From: Camelus dromedarius
Lineage: Eukaryota
Assembly: GCF_036321535.1 (NCBI RefSeq)
Contig: NC_087437.1
Span: 41,356,001 to 41,420,000, forward strand
Length of the DNA: 64,000 nt
Direction: 5' to 3'
Below, piece after piece: positions 38,912 to 51,890 of this stretch. Within the stretch, counting starts at the first letter, position 1. The number at the start of each line of letters is the position of its first letter. The notes beneath the pieces are model-generated. The model did not search any database. It was not told the origin of the DNA and worked only from the letters and a program-made list of their open reading frames with translations. The position numbers and the translations under genes are program-made.

Positions 38912-41900
38912 CTATATTCTATCAAATCATTCTTAACCTGTGCCCATTGGAGTCTGTGAACCTCATGAAACTAGAGCCCATGCTTTGTGCACATGCATTT
39001 TTTAAGGAAGAGAATCCAAACATTTGATCGTTTGAAAGGACTCTAATACTCAGAATCTTTGTTGGCCCTTCAATAATCCTTCAACATGAGCTGGTACACT
39101 CCATCTCATAAGGGAAAGACGAACTCTGAGCTGCTACTCACCTGAGCCACCCGAGAATAGGTCAGGGTGCCCTCCTGCTCCGTATGCACATCCTTCTGCA
39201 GGATGCATCCACCATCTCTAGGACTCATCTCCCACACATCACCTTGGCTGGGATGACTCACTCCCATCTAGACTGTAAGTTGCAAGGACAGAAACAATTT
39301 TCATCCTTTTTATCTGTCCTTATCTATCTGTACTGTCTATGTGTCTGTCTGTGTGTCCTTGTGGGTGTATTGGGGGGTGGGGTGTTTGTATATAATGATA
39401 ATCGTGATCAGTCCTTTTGAAGGAAAGCACCTTCCATTTCATAAATATCTGTTTCTGTTTTCTGTCACAAGACACTAGTAGGACAACTTTTTAATGGCTG
39501 TATATGAGGCCATAAGCTGTAGGGGGACACGACTTTAACAAACTTACAGCAGATACCAAAAAAAACCTGCTAGATGACTGAGGGAAAAGAACTTCAGGAT
39601 CTGGAAGTTCCCAACACTTTCCAATTGCTGAGGATTAACTGAATAAAATTCTAACAAAGTAACAGCTCAAAATCTCCCTCCAAGTCCTCACAAAACCAAC
39701 TAATCCATTCCAAAAAATGGTCTGCAACTACCCAGGGTAGTTGTGGGTCCTGCCCTCCATGAGCTTAGGGACTACAGAGGGAGAGGTGAACGGAGACACA
39801 AGAGCAGACACCTCTGCAGAACATCCCCCTCTTCAACGGCTTGGTTTTCAATTCTAAAGCCTCAGAGGCCGTACCCAGCTCTCAGTAAAATGGAATCTTG
39901 GCCAATGCGTACCTACAAAAAATGTTTACTGTGACACTCAAAACAACATCTTGAAGAAAATACGATATGAGATAAAAGTTTTACGTTACACTTCACACTC
40001 AACTGATGAAATACCAGAATGAAGTGTGGAAGATTTTGAAAAGTGCCAAACTCAAGTCAACTTTGGTCTGGGATCGCTGCTGGCTGCGTAACCATGCATA
40101 AAACAAGGGATCAGGAAACTACGGTTCAAGCGTTTTACATCCCAACAAAGGAGCTGACTTACAGGTATTTTTACTGTGTTTCAGCCACACTTTAGGAAAT
40201 TGGTTGGGGGGCTGGAATTAACACGTAACATATTATCATTTTTCTCATTTTTTAAAAAAAGGAAAACTGCCCCAGGTAGTTTTTCAACAAAATGTCTAGT
40301 TTTCAGGAAAAAAATGCCTGTATCCATCATACAAGGTAGAAAATAATTAAGGAGCACCCAGAAAAGTACAAATGAGAGGAGAAAGGAGGAATTCCTTCCA
40401 ACTCCTTGCACGGAGCAAGGAATATTTTGTTTGGGGGCCTGAGTTTGAGCCCAGATGTTGCAAGGCAGCATCTGGACAAATGCAAGTGGTAGGAGTCACC
40501 CAGCAGGACTCACAACTGGGCAGGAAAGTTCAGGGCAGGGGTACTTGAAGGACTTGAAGGGAACTGGTGGAGAGCTCTAGTCACGGTGTCCAAACTGGTG
40601 GCTGTGAGCAAAGAGAGGGGAGGGCTGGAGTAGGCAAGACCAGACAAAACAGAAGGTAGTGACAGACATCCCCATGAAAGGTCACAGGGTCCCACAGAAG
40701 GGAAGAGCACGTTGACATACTAATGTGCAGCATTTTCAGCATACGAAAACAGCGCATTCTTGATCTGCCCAAAGACAGCAGGCAGTGATTCTAACTCCTT
40801 GTTAAGAAAATACAGTTATCACAGACAAGGATCTTTTACACGCATTCTTTAGTCTCCTAAGAGAGGAAACTTCCAACCTTTTCACTGGGCACAAGAAGAG
40901 CCACCTTAGTCTGTCCCAAAGAAAGAGGTTCCACAACCTTTGTCTTCTTTTCCAATAAAAACAGTGGCCATCCCCTTCCTACACGGTGTGGCATGCCCAT
41001 ATAAGTCACATTTCTAGGAACCGTCATAAGACGGCCCCTTTATCTGTATATCTAAGGGCAGACAGCACTTTCCACCACCTCCCTCAACCCTCCTCTTCTA
41101 GCTCAGTGCACTCTCCCGGGTTGCACAAGTACAAACACATGGAGAATGTGAAGAATGCATCCAAGTTTGGCAGCCTTGCCGCATTCTGCCTGGAGAAGTG
41201 CCCCCAAATGGTGCGAACTGAAGCGAAACAGCCACAGAAGCAAAATGCAGTCTCGAGGTCAGTGCAGGCCCAGCTGCCCTTGTCTCTTAGACATTCCTGG
41301 CTGGAATCCCACTGAGCAAATGTGGGGGAAGAGCAGGCGAGACAGACCCGAGGATCAGGAAATACCCAGCTGCATGGAGAGGCAGTAATCACCAAAACAG
41401 AAGCTAAGCACACAAAGAGCAATTTCCCTCCAGGAGTGCCCCGAAGGGCAGACCTGGACATTATTCTTGGGTATTCCTGTTCAGTCACGCCAAGACCTTA
41501 TCGCTGATTTTTAAATCCCGCCTCCTAAACCACTTGGTGGTGCTCTAGGGGGTCAGCTGTAGGTCCCCAAATACAGCTTCCACTATTTGACCTGAAATCT
41601 AAGTGGAATAATGTCACCCCCCACCCAGAGCACTTTATCATTCAGCCACTTCTGAAATCTTCCTTCCCCCAAATTCCATCAAGAGTGATTGTCACACCCA
41701 TAAAAGAACAAGTGTTCAAATAAAAGAATCAGTCATGTCTTTCATAATTTTAATGTGTCGACTAAGGGAAGTTATACAACTGAGAAATCAAACGTAGTGT
41801 TCATTTCTTAGGTATTTCATTTTATTCCAAGTCTACACAGGACACTGGTGGGAAAAGAAAAAAATCATTCATTCATTCTTTGACAAATATATACCAAGTA

Positions 41901-42694
41901 CTTAAGACTGTATTTCATCAATTCTAAAATACACATTCTTTTCCACATTTTATCACCTCTGGAATTGAAATGGAGCTGAAAATTAAGATACTGGTTTTCT
42001 TCTTTTAGTACATAAAATAGCATCTGACAATCAATTACCCGTGCCACACAGGAACTGTTTAATACTTCTCCACTGCGTAACACCGATTTCCCCCTGGAAT
42101 TTGTCCTTCCCTCTCCAGTGCATGCTTGGACACTGCTACCAGAATAATCTCTCTGGTCACGTGACCCTGCCCCCTGATTTAAATGAACCAATGAATCCCC
42201 TTTACCTGTGGGAGTAAGAAGCCCACGGCACGTCCCAGAACTTCCTTCTCCGCGTCATCTCCTCTTGCCCCCCTGCCAAATTATGAGCATTTTCCTCAAC
42301 GTACCAAATTTCTCTCAACTCCATAAAATTTTCAGCATTCAGGTCAAGTACTGACTACCTGGAACCTCTTTCTCTGAGGTTGAAATAAATGTCTTCCTCT
42401 GATGTCCTACAACCTCCTTGCTTCGCTTTAGCATTTTCACACCATAATCTGCGGCTCTTTCTCTATATCCTCCAATAGACGGTGACGCCTTTGAAGGCAA
42501 AGGCTGCATCTTGCATATTCCGGATGCAAAAACCTTGGGACGCTGCCCAGTATGGAGTTGGAGATCAAACAAAATTATTGAAAGGATGGATGGACAAACT
42601 TCAGGACATTCTTTCTCTTCCTCTGTTCATAAGGTGACTCAAGTTCACAAAGATAATGACTTTCTAGCTCATCAGAAACTAGATAGGATTTCAC

Positions 42695-42801
42695 ATCTTC
42701 TTGGTTACTCTTAAAGGCTCAGGTCCCCCTTGTCTGAAAAATGAAAATTCTAGACTGATGGTCTCTAAGTTCCCTTACAATCTACAATTCTGTTATTCTG
42801 A
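42695..42801 (+). mobile_element. MIR3-like SINE with CR1-type tail
   Basis: tgtctgaaaaatgaaaattctagactgatggtctctaagttcccttacaatctacaattctgttattctga. Confidence 0.65.
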
Positions 42802-43169
42802 AAGCTTATTCTAGTATCTGGCACTGATCAAATACTACTTTCCACTGTGAAATACCCTTTTGAAAATGAATTCTCAAATTGGTGAAACAGCCTTGTGCCC
42901 CAGACTCTCAAGGTTGTATACTGGGGGCAGAAAGCATGTCTAAAAATCCAGAGAAAATATGCCATTTGAATGCATGTTCAGTACAATTTTACATCTAGAA
43001 AACAAATATTCTCTTTTTTCATTACAAATTAAAGAACTGACAAAGTGATCTTGGCAGGTGGAGAAAGAAATGAAAATAAGTGATTTTCAGCCGAAGGGAG
43101 GCAGGATAGTTTCATGAAGTGGAGCCTGGGTTTTAGAAGCTCACGAAACACTGGTATTGTAAAAGCAAA

Positions 43170-43440
43170 CATCGCATAGTCGTTAAGACTATAGACTCTG
43201 GTATTACCCTGTGTTGAGATTCCTAATCCTTCTCTTACTAACCAGCTCTGTGATTCTGAACACTTTACTTAATCTCCCTCAGCCTTAGTTTTGGCATCAG
43301 TAAAATAGGGATTAGCATACATATCTCATAGGGTCATTCTAGGAATTAAATTAAAGATTGCATATAAAGCTCCTCGAACAGTGCTTGGCATTTAACAGGC
43401 CCCTAGTAAATGGTCTCAATTATTACCACTAGTATTACTA
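43170..43440 (+). mobile_element. MIR SINE, full length
   Basis: gcatagtcgttaagactatagactctgg...tacttaatctccctcagccttagttt...gtaaaatagggatt...ctcatagggt...aacagtgcttggca. Confidence 0.85.
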
Positions 43441-43674
43441 ATGTCCCTTTCTCCAATCACAGAGGTCACATTACATGCTCCATTACATCGCACAGGGCAC
43501 TGGAGATGCACACAGGCGCTCAAGAAATTGGGAAGTGGTGATGTGCTGATGAGAGTGATGACGATGACAGTCAGATGAAGCAGTAAGTATCTGTGGAATG
43601 CCATTTCATTTTTTAAATTATATATTGGAAAGAGATCTCTTCTATGATGCATCAGCTTTTTTTCTGGATCAGGG

Positions 43675-43929
43675 ATTTTTTTTAAATTTATGATTATAGT
43701 CAAATAATATTCCTCTGTATGAAGAGACTAAATTTTGTTTATCCATTTATCAGCTCATGGACTTTTGGGTTGTTTCCACCTTTTGGCAACTAAGGATAAC
43801 ACTGCTATGATTATTTACATACAACTTATTTTGTATGGACAAATGTTTTCATTTCTCTTGGGAATATAATAGCTAGGAGAGGAACTGCTCAGTCATAGGG
43901 TAACTCTATTTAAACTTTTGAGGAACTGG
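43675..43929 (-). mobile_element. Old L1 fragment from the ORF2 3' region
   Basis: tttgtttatccatttatcagct...tgggttgtttccaccttttggc...gttttcatttctcttggg...aacttttgaggaactg. Confidence 0.85.
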
Positions 43930-46817
43930 GCTCACCGGCTTCCATATGGATTCCCAGGAGACAAAAAGATAAAAGTACACTAATGACTTATGGTACCAAA
44001 TCAACCTATTCGGCCAAAGACAGACGGTCAATGCCAGTGTTAAGTCTTCATCAACCTGATAAGTACTTACATATCAATTATTCATATATGTGCAGATACC
44101 ATCTTGTAAGAATTGAAATTTTCTAGCTGTTAAAGACAGCCAGTAGCAAGAAGACAAGCGAACTTAATAGAATCAAGATGTCCCCACTTCCTAGCCATTC
44201 TTGGTTTCCTCCTTTGACTCTCAAAACTCCATTTTAAAGCCATTTTTCTTTAAGACCCTGTCCACTAATATTGTAATTTTAATAATGAAATCACTAAAGG
44301 TTTGTTAAGAAACAAACTAATATTGAAGACCTACAGAAATATCAACCAATTAGGCATAGTCTATTTTTTTAGACCTACTTTCCAGCAAGTATGTTTACAA
44401 AAATTTAGGTAAATCTACTTCCCACCAAGAGTCTAAACTGCCAGGAACACACTGCCATTGTGTGATGTCATCATATGATGACCAGAAAGTGTGCAGGGGG
44501 TGGCAGGAGAAAGTTGAGGTACAGAAGCTTCATCTGAGAGCCTCTGAAACGTGGCATCTGGGAAATCTATCTACACGCTCACAAATCAGTGCGGGTCTGA
44601 TGTGTCAGTCCCTAAAGCCTTCGATACAAGAGTGCTAAGGGCATCTGTCTCTGATTTTCCTACTGAATGCCTGCCTTGTTTTCCACGGTCTGCCGCACAC
44701 CTCTTCTGTGAATCGTGGCCAGATTGACGGACACAGAGAGGTGACAGACCTAGGCGTATATTACTTACCTCTACGTTAGCAATGTTGAGGGGGTTAAGAA
44801 GTTGGCCAAGACAGAAATGCCTCTGAATTTTAATGTGGTATTTCTGAGTGTCTTAGACTCGTGTTGTACTACTGCTCAAAAAGATGCGAGGTCAGCCCCA
44901 CCAAGAAAAGATTCTAAATACTTCATGGCAACTGGCATGAAAATATGCTGACTGCTCAGCCACCCATGTGAACTCCAGACTCTCCTAATCTTGACATGCA
45001 ATTAGTTAGGAACAGGGAGAAAAAAAAAAAAAAAAAGATTCCTCCATGCAGTAACAAATGAAGCTGAAAAATGACAAGTTAGAAAGAAGTCCATTCACAT
45101 TTGAAAACAGAGATATCACTGTAGTATATTTACATCTCAAAGAAAAGACATATACAAAGGCTTGTATAATTTCCAAAACCCCAAATTCATTCAGATAATG
45201 CATATATACTAGACATCAGTATGTAGAGTTTATCAGTAAAACTATTACACAACATAAACCCCTTTATTTTCTTTTCTGCTTAGTTCTATGGTCTAGATTT
45301 ACAATATCTACAAAACAAACATAAAAAAATAGTAAAGCAAAGGGCTATCTAATATCTCTTTAGAAATCTTAACATTTTAATCTTTTTCCTAACCTCACTA
45401 CTGAGGAATTCTTAGACCTCAGATATGCTGGAAAGAGAAAACACAGCGGTGATACGTGCAGGTTTAATTTACGTTGGCCAAAACACGATTTTCCCATTTA
45501 CTGATTCTTTTCACACCAGTCACAGTAAATAGCACAGAACTTTTGGAGATACCAAAATAACTGATGTTTTACTATTAGCACTTTTCAAATCATTCCTCCT
45601 TAGACTGTCACCTTTTGCCAGCTCAAAACAGACCTTACAACTGCAAGCTTCCACTGTATAGTTCCAACACTGCAATATTTTCCCCAAAGAGGTGTGAAGC
45701 AGGTCAGTGTGCAGAGCTAATAGCATCAAATTGTTATTTGGAAGGAAGAATGCATATTGTGGAGTTGCTAGGACAGTAAAAAAAAGGATGCCATCTGTGT
45801 GTGCTCGTAAGTGATTTGAGGACCCATAGTTTCCACCTCCACAGTGGCCCGTAACAGGGGGACGGTCCCAAAATAGCTGAAAAAGGAATCCAAACTTCTC
45901 CTTGCATGGCCCACATGCCCTTCACAACCTGTACTCGGCCCACCTTTCCAGTCCATCCCCCATTATCCCTCCACCATGTGCCCAAATCAGTGTCACCTAA
46001 GCTTTTTCACATGGTGCACTGAGGTAATGGGTGAACCTACCCGGGGCCGAGGGGATCAGACCCAGGACTGACAGGGTCACTGTCTATGCAGACCTGTCAC
46101 TTCGTGTGGCACAGAAGTTGGGAGGTTCTGCCTAGATGCCACCTATGGGAATGTACTCACGGTCCCCTTGACTTGTCACGTCACCATCACAATGCCCTAA
46201 TTTTTGCAATTCCCTTCCAACCCTGGGAACACCTTTCCCTCTCTGCAAAATAAGTGTTTCTTGTTCTTCAAGATTCAGCTCAGACATCATTGTTGCAGTG
46301 TTCCTGGCTTTCCTGAGCCCCTAGGCCTCCCAAATTGGAGACTCTCTTTTCTGTGCTCCCATGGCCATTCTTACCCACCAGAAGCCATTTCCCTATCTCC
46401 TGCACTGCAAGTGAGTGCCTGGAGGAATTAGTTACTTTTATACCCCAGAGGCAAGCATGCTGTCTGACAAATAGTAGGTGCCCCGTTGCTGTTCTCCAAA
46501 ATAACTGACAACTCACTCAAAGCATGCAGAGAACAGAGACAATTCAGAACCAGTCTCTCGCAAATAGGATTTATTCTGAAGCATAGGTATTCAACTTCAC
46601 CTGTGACAAAGCTTCCATTTATAGATTCCTGAAGAAATTCTTTATTCTGAAATCCAACTTGCAGTCTAGAAGATCTCAAGCAGATGTGAACAAATTCAAG
46701 CAGCAGGGAAATTCCCTCAGCCCCTAAGCCTCCCTCCCTCTTGGAGGCTGGTTTAGCAGGAGGCCAATCAATCACAAGACTGCTGGTCTCACCCTGAAAC
46801 TCAGCAACAGTCAGCAT

Positions 46818-47275
46818 CTAGAAATATGTCCTACAGAAATAATCAGTAATGCACAAGCAATTATGTTCAAGGGTATTAAATGTAGCATTATTTATAAGAG
46901 CACAAATTGGAAACGGCCTAAATGTTCAACAACAGGGGATTAGTTAAATAAATTATGAACATCTCCATGCTAGAATACTAGGCAGCCATTAAAAAAAAAT
47001 CATGTTGATATGAAGTTTTCATGACATAATAAAGATCATTACCAAAAACACAGAATAAACAATACTATATACAGCTTGATCCAAATTTAATTGATAAAAA
47101 CATGCACGGGAGTATTTGCATAAACAAGAATACTGGAAGGAAATTTGCCAGAATGTTTACTGGTGTTTATATCTGGGTGATGGAATAATGGGTGATAATA
47201 AAATTTATTTCATTTTCCATTCTTTTTCAATATTTTCTAAGTTTTCTACATGAAGTATGCTTTACTTCCGTATGA
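46818..47275 (+). mobile_element. L1ME-type 3' end
   Basis: gtagcattatttataagagcacaaattggaaacggcctaaatgttcaacaacaggggattagttaaataaattatg...gcagccattaaaa...tattttctaagttttctaca. Confidence 0.85.
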
Positions 47276-48249
47276 AGGGGAGGAAGGAACAAAAACAAAT
47301 TGAAGCATAAGGAAGTAAAGAGTGTTGACTGATGGGCTGTCCTGCTCTGGGCTGCACATAATTGTCCAGCAGGTTTCTGGGAAGCAGGTCCATAGTCAGG
47401 GTCCCAGAACACCTAAGTATTTAGGCTCTCCCTGGAATATATATACAAGGGTGTCCTAGATCCCACCTAGCTTCCAGTCAGTTTACTACATTCAAATATG
47501 ATCTAAGGATTGACTGATTTTTTTGAATTGTGGACCCACAATTCTCTTGCCACCCTAGGATTAAACCGAAGACCTAAAACTTCAAATTTTCTGAATCTGA
47601 TTTACAGAGGTTTTAAGAAATCAGACCAAATTCATCCCCTAATGTCCTCATTTTCCTCATAAAAAATGCTAGACTCAAGACTACTGCCAGAAAGACATTT
47701 TCTACTCAACAATGCTTTTCCACTACCCCATTTTGTAAATAAAGTAAAATTCCATTCTATTCTTAATCTTTCTGAAAAAATTATGTTTTAGAAACACTAA
47801 AAAAAAAACACTAAAAAATTATGTTTTAGAGATTGAGCAAGAGAATTAAGAGAACTAAGAGTGGACGGTGTCACAAAAGGCTAGGGAAAGGGAAGAGAGT
47901 CCTCTGAGCCTCATGTGTCCCAAAGAAGCTGCGATGGGACAGATCCTAAAAGTGCTCCCTGGATCTGGCTTCTAGTGAGCACTGATGGTCTTTACCAGAG
48001 TGACTAAGTAAGATGAAAGTCAGAATCACATAGAGTAAAAAATATAAACTATCCTTTAAGGGCTTATCTGAGAATGGCAAGAGAGACACAGACCAGTCAA
48101 AGAGTCAAGAGAAGAATCCAATCTGTGTTTGAAGTTACAATGAGGGGCAGTTCTAATCCTACAAGAGAAAAGATGGGGCTAGGAACCGAAGCCTAGGTGA
48201 GGAACGCTGTCAACCAAAAGAGGCATTTTTTATCGTAGGGAGCCCAGTC

Positions 48250-48424
48250 CAGTGATTCTTACCCAAGGAGCACACCAGAATCTTTCGAGAAGATTTTTAC
48301 GACCACCACACACCTGGTCCCCACAAGACCTACTGAACTATCATCTTCGAGAACAGGGACCAGGCTGAGTATTTTTTAAAGTTCCCAACTGATTCAGGTG
48401 CACAGTGGTGGTTCAGAATCACAG
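48250..48424. mobile_element. MER5A1-like MITE
   Basis: cagtgattctta...agacctactgaa...gtattttttaaagttccc...gattc...gttcagaatcacag. Confidence 0.65.
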
Positions 48425-49894
48425 TTAGAAAGAAGGTGAAGTTGAGTCCAGAAGAAAACACATTCACAGACATAAAGGCAAGAAACTGAAGGAGGGAAGA
48501 GTTCAAAGTTCTCTGACCTAGGGGATAATGCCAAGAGAGAACTTTAGGAGCAGTACAGTCTTAGCGTGGTCTCTGGGCACTACTCAGAGCAAGGCGTCTG
48601 AGGGCAGGGTAGGGGCAACCATTGCATGGAATGTCTGGGGGCACCCATGTGCACCAGGGAATCGTTCTTCCCCATAGGGCTCAGCTGGTAATGCAAAGAC
48701 CAACTGAGAAGCTGATGGTCAAATGAATATAAATGTGGGAGTTTCAGGAGAAATTGGCACAAACGAGCAAAGACGCAGTTTATTAGCAAACTCATAGGGC
48801 AGCTGGAAGAATTAAGTAATGCATTTAAACATAGCCCAGTGTCCCACACAAAACAAGAGCTCAATAAATTAGATGTTATTGTCATCGCTGCTACTGCTGT
48901 TATTTATTTCTGGAACCAAGGGAAGGGATCCCTGTTTCTTAGGAATTAGTGAAATAGAAGTCAGCGGTTACTCCTCCATTAAAAGGAAAATTAACAGGCT
49001 ATGTGGGGTGTTAAACCCCGCAAACAAGAGATGTTAATGACCATATATTTCTATAGGTTTCCATTCATACTTACTTTTGAATAGCTGGTGGTTGAGCATT
49101 CTTGTGATAATGACTAAAGATGGCTGGTACCATTTTTACTATAAATACGGCAGTACAAAAGGCTTAAAAAATGGAAAATAATGTTCCCTTTAGAAAGCCC
49201 ATGTGAGGATGTTCTAGGGTAAGACATTCTGAGCCTGGGTGTTCCACTGTTGCTGCCCCCACTTCATTTGAAAAGGACTTGTGGAGGTTGGCAAAGACAC
49301 ATGAAGAACAAAATTAAGAAAAGAAAGCGAGGCAATTAGTTTCAAGTAAACTGAAGGGTAGGAGAAAAATATATTTGGTGACCAATGGAAATGAATGGAC
49401 ATGCAAACAGCTCCGTTTTCTTTGATGCTAGCAGTGGGTCTCAAATTTGGCTGTGAATCTCCTGGCAGTAAATGCAAAAAAGGAAACAGGGTAAGCAGAA
49501 TAACTGATGATTTCCAAAACTAAGGGGAAGTGCTGGTAGTGCTGTTACTGAAGCATGAACATTTTTTTCCTTCATAAACTGACAGTAATACAATGAACAA
49601 TGCCTACAATAGCATCCTTACAGCAACATTAATCACCTCATAAAAAGTATCCTTTTTTCATCCTCAGAAAACATCCTTAATTCCTAGTAGGAGAGACAAA
49701 GTACTCAAACCCAAGGGTAGCTCTCCAAAATTTGGAATTTTTTCTCTATATTGTTTATTAGTCTTTTTTGTTCCAGAGTAGGCAGAATCACATTAAAATA
49801 TATCCAACTCAAATCAATCAACGTTCCCATCTTTTGGAGGAAATAAATTCACACACTTATTCATGACCTATATAATCACAGGTCTATAAATAAA

Positions 49895-50550
49895 GTAAGG
49901 CTTCCAACCTCAAATTCTTTACCAAGTGAAACCATCCAGAAATCACGAGAATATGATAAAGACATACGCAAGATGCACAGTGTCTAAAATTTTCCACCTC
50001 TCTCCAAAAACTCCTGAAAGATGTGCTCCTTGAAAATAAGGGAGTAAACTAAGAAAGAGCAGGTATGGAATCTAGAAATGGAGATTCAACACAGAGGGGA
50101 AAGGATGAGGGTGAAAGGAAAGGATGGGAGGACAACAGGTCATCCACACTGGAGCTGATCCAAGGCTCCAGAAGAAAGGACTCCAAGCAGATGAAAGAGC
50201 TAAACACCTGCTGTAGCTAAATATATTGTGAGAGGGCAGTTCTTACACGAGCAAGGGTGTAGGGATACACCAGTGAGGGGCACACAAGAAACTAAGAAAA
50301 CAAACAGACAAGAGCTTTGCATTAGAAAGGAAGGTACATTACTACACACCCCAACTTGTTCAAATAAAGAAATGATGAAAATGTACTAAGAAACTCAAAA
50401 CAATGGCTACTTGTAGGAGGTGGACCAAGGCAGTGGACAGATTAGCCCAAGAACAGAAGTGAGACTTTTTAAAGTATATGGTTCATGTTGTTTCAATTTT
50501 TGAACTATGGGAATGTATTACTCAAAAACTAGTGAAAAAAAAAAGTAAAT
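49895..50550 (+). mobile_element. HAL1-like (L1-related) fragment
   Basis: ttccaacctcaaattctttacca...gatgtgctccttgaaaataagggagtaaactaagaaagag...atggagattcaacacag. Confidence 0.7.
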
Positions 50551-50861
50551 TCTAAAAATTGGGGGAAAAAAGTGTTGACAGGCCAGAGGCTTTACTTGGT
50601 CTTGTTTATCACAGCAACAACTGTTGACCTACTCCTGGCTTTCATACCACGCACATCTACAGAGACTCAAAAGCAAAAGGCTCCGGGGCGTGGTTATAGC
50701 CATGAGAATGAAATCAAGAAGATGAGACAGATGTGGGAGAAGTAGTCCCTATTAATCAAAACATGAAGGGCAGCCACTTGTCTTTGGTAAAGTGATACTT
50801 GCTGGGTACTACTGTAAAAAGTCACACGTATGACCTATGTAAGGCTACAGAAATCAGGGAA

Positions 50862-51073
50862 CGAGTTACTTTTAATGGGGGCACTATTAGAATTTTAAGC
50901 AGGCAAGTCTTTGTTAAGCTGGACTGCCCTGCTCATTGCAAAGAGGTTAGTTAGCATCTCTGGCCCCTGCTCACCAAATGCCATTATGACACTCCATTCA
51001 ATATGATGAGCAAAATGCCCCCCACCTCCACACTGCATTTCCAAAAGCCTCTACCCCTGACTGAGAACCACTG
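50862..51073. mobile_element. MER20/MER117-like hAT-Charlie MITE
   Basis: ggggcactattagaatttt...ttagcatctctggcccctgctcaccaaatgcca...catttccaaa...ctgagaaccactg. Confidence 0.7.
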
Positions 51074-51384
51074 TAAGGAATAAGTAAAAAGAATAAAACA
51101 TAAAACTTGCCAACTTTGTTTCCTATCACGGCAACTAATTTCCATCTGTTCATTAATTTAATGAATCTTCATAACACATTCGTTAAGAAATCATGAGCAA
51201 TCTGATCTCACACATGTTTGGCTGTTACTAAAGATAGTTTGTGTCTTGAGTTTAAAAAAATAAAAAGAGCTAAAGAAAATCTAAGGAATCCAGAATTCCT
51301 GCCAGCCTTCAGTCAAACTTACTTCACAACTGCAGAGTGTGCAGTTTAATTAAAAAAATAAAGTTCATATACAGTCTTTCATTG

Positions 51385-51890
51385 ATTGTGTTAATTAATT
51401 CCCTCATGAATCTTGTAAGCTTTGGCAACGAAAATATTATTTTCCCCATTTTCACAGACAGGGACTCGAAGGCTTGGAGCAGTTAAGTGATTTTTCCAAG
51501 CACGTAATTGACAGAACTTGGGGTAGGAACCAGAACTTTTAGGTTGCCAGGCTGGCAGTTTCTCCACTCAGCTACAATACTGACTCTAGGCAGAATTTCC
51601 TCTATGCCAAGCCTACAACATATCAGCTCAATTCAAACCTTTAACATAATTAGAATTTTGAAACCCAGCATCTTTTTTTTTTAAATCATTAGGTCAGATA
51701 TAATTGTCCTCAAAACAGTACAATAAAAAAAATCAATAAAGCTGACTTTATAAGCTCACACAGGTTGGTAGAGGTAGGTACAATCACTATTCCATCTTAC
51801 AGATGAGGAAACAGATAAAGGGTAAGCAATGTGTTAAGAGCTACACATTAGTAAGTGTGGGATTTGAATGCAGGCTGTCTAACTCTGCAG
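51385..51890 (-). mobile_element. Two MIR SINE fragments (about 51385-51575 and 51755-51890)
   Basis: tccccattttcacagacaggga...gttaagtgatttttccaag; and ccatcttacagatgaggaaaca...gggatttgaatgcaggctgtctaactc. Confidence 0.7.

Noticed and set aside
44763..44770. Perfect minus-strand donor AG|GTAAGT, with a similar site at 54027-54035
   Set aside because: I found no convincing paired acceptor at exon distance, and such matches are expected by chance in 64 kb.
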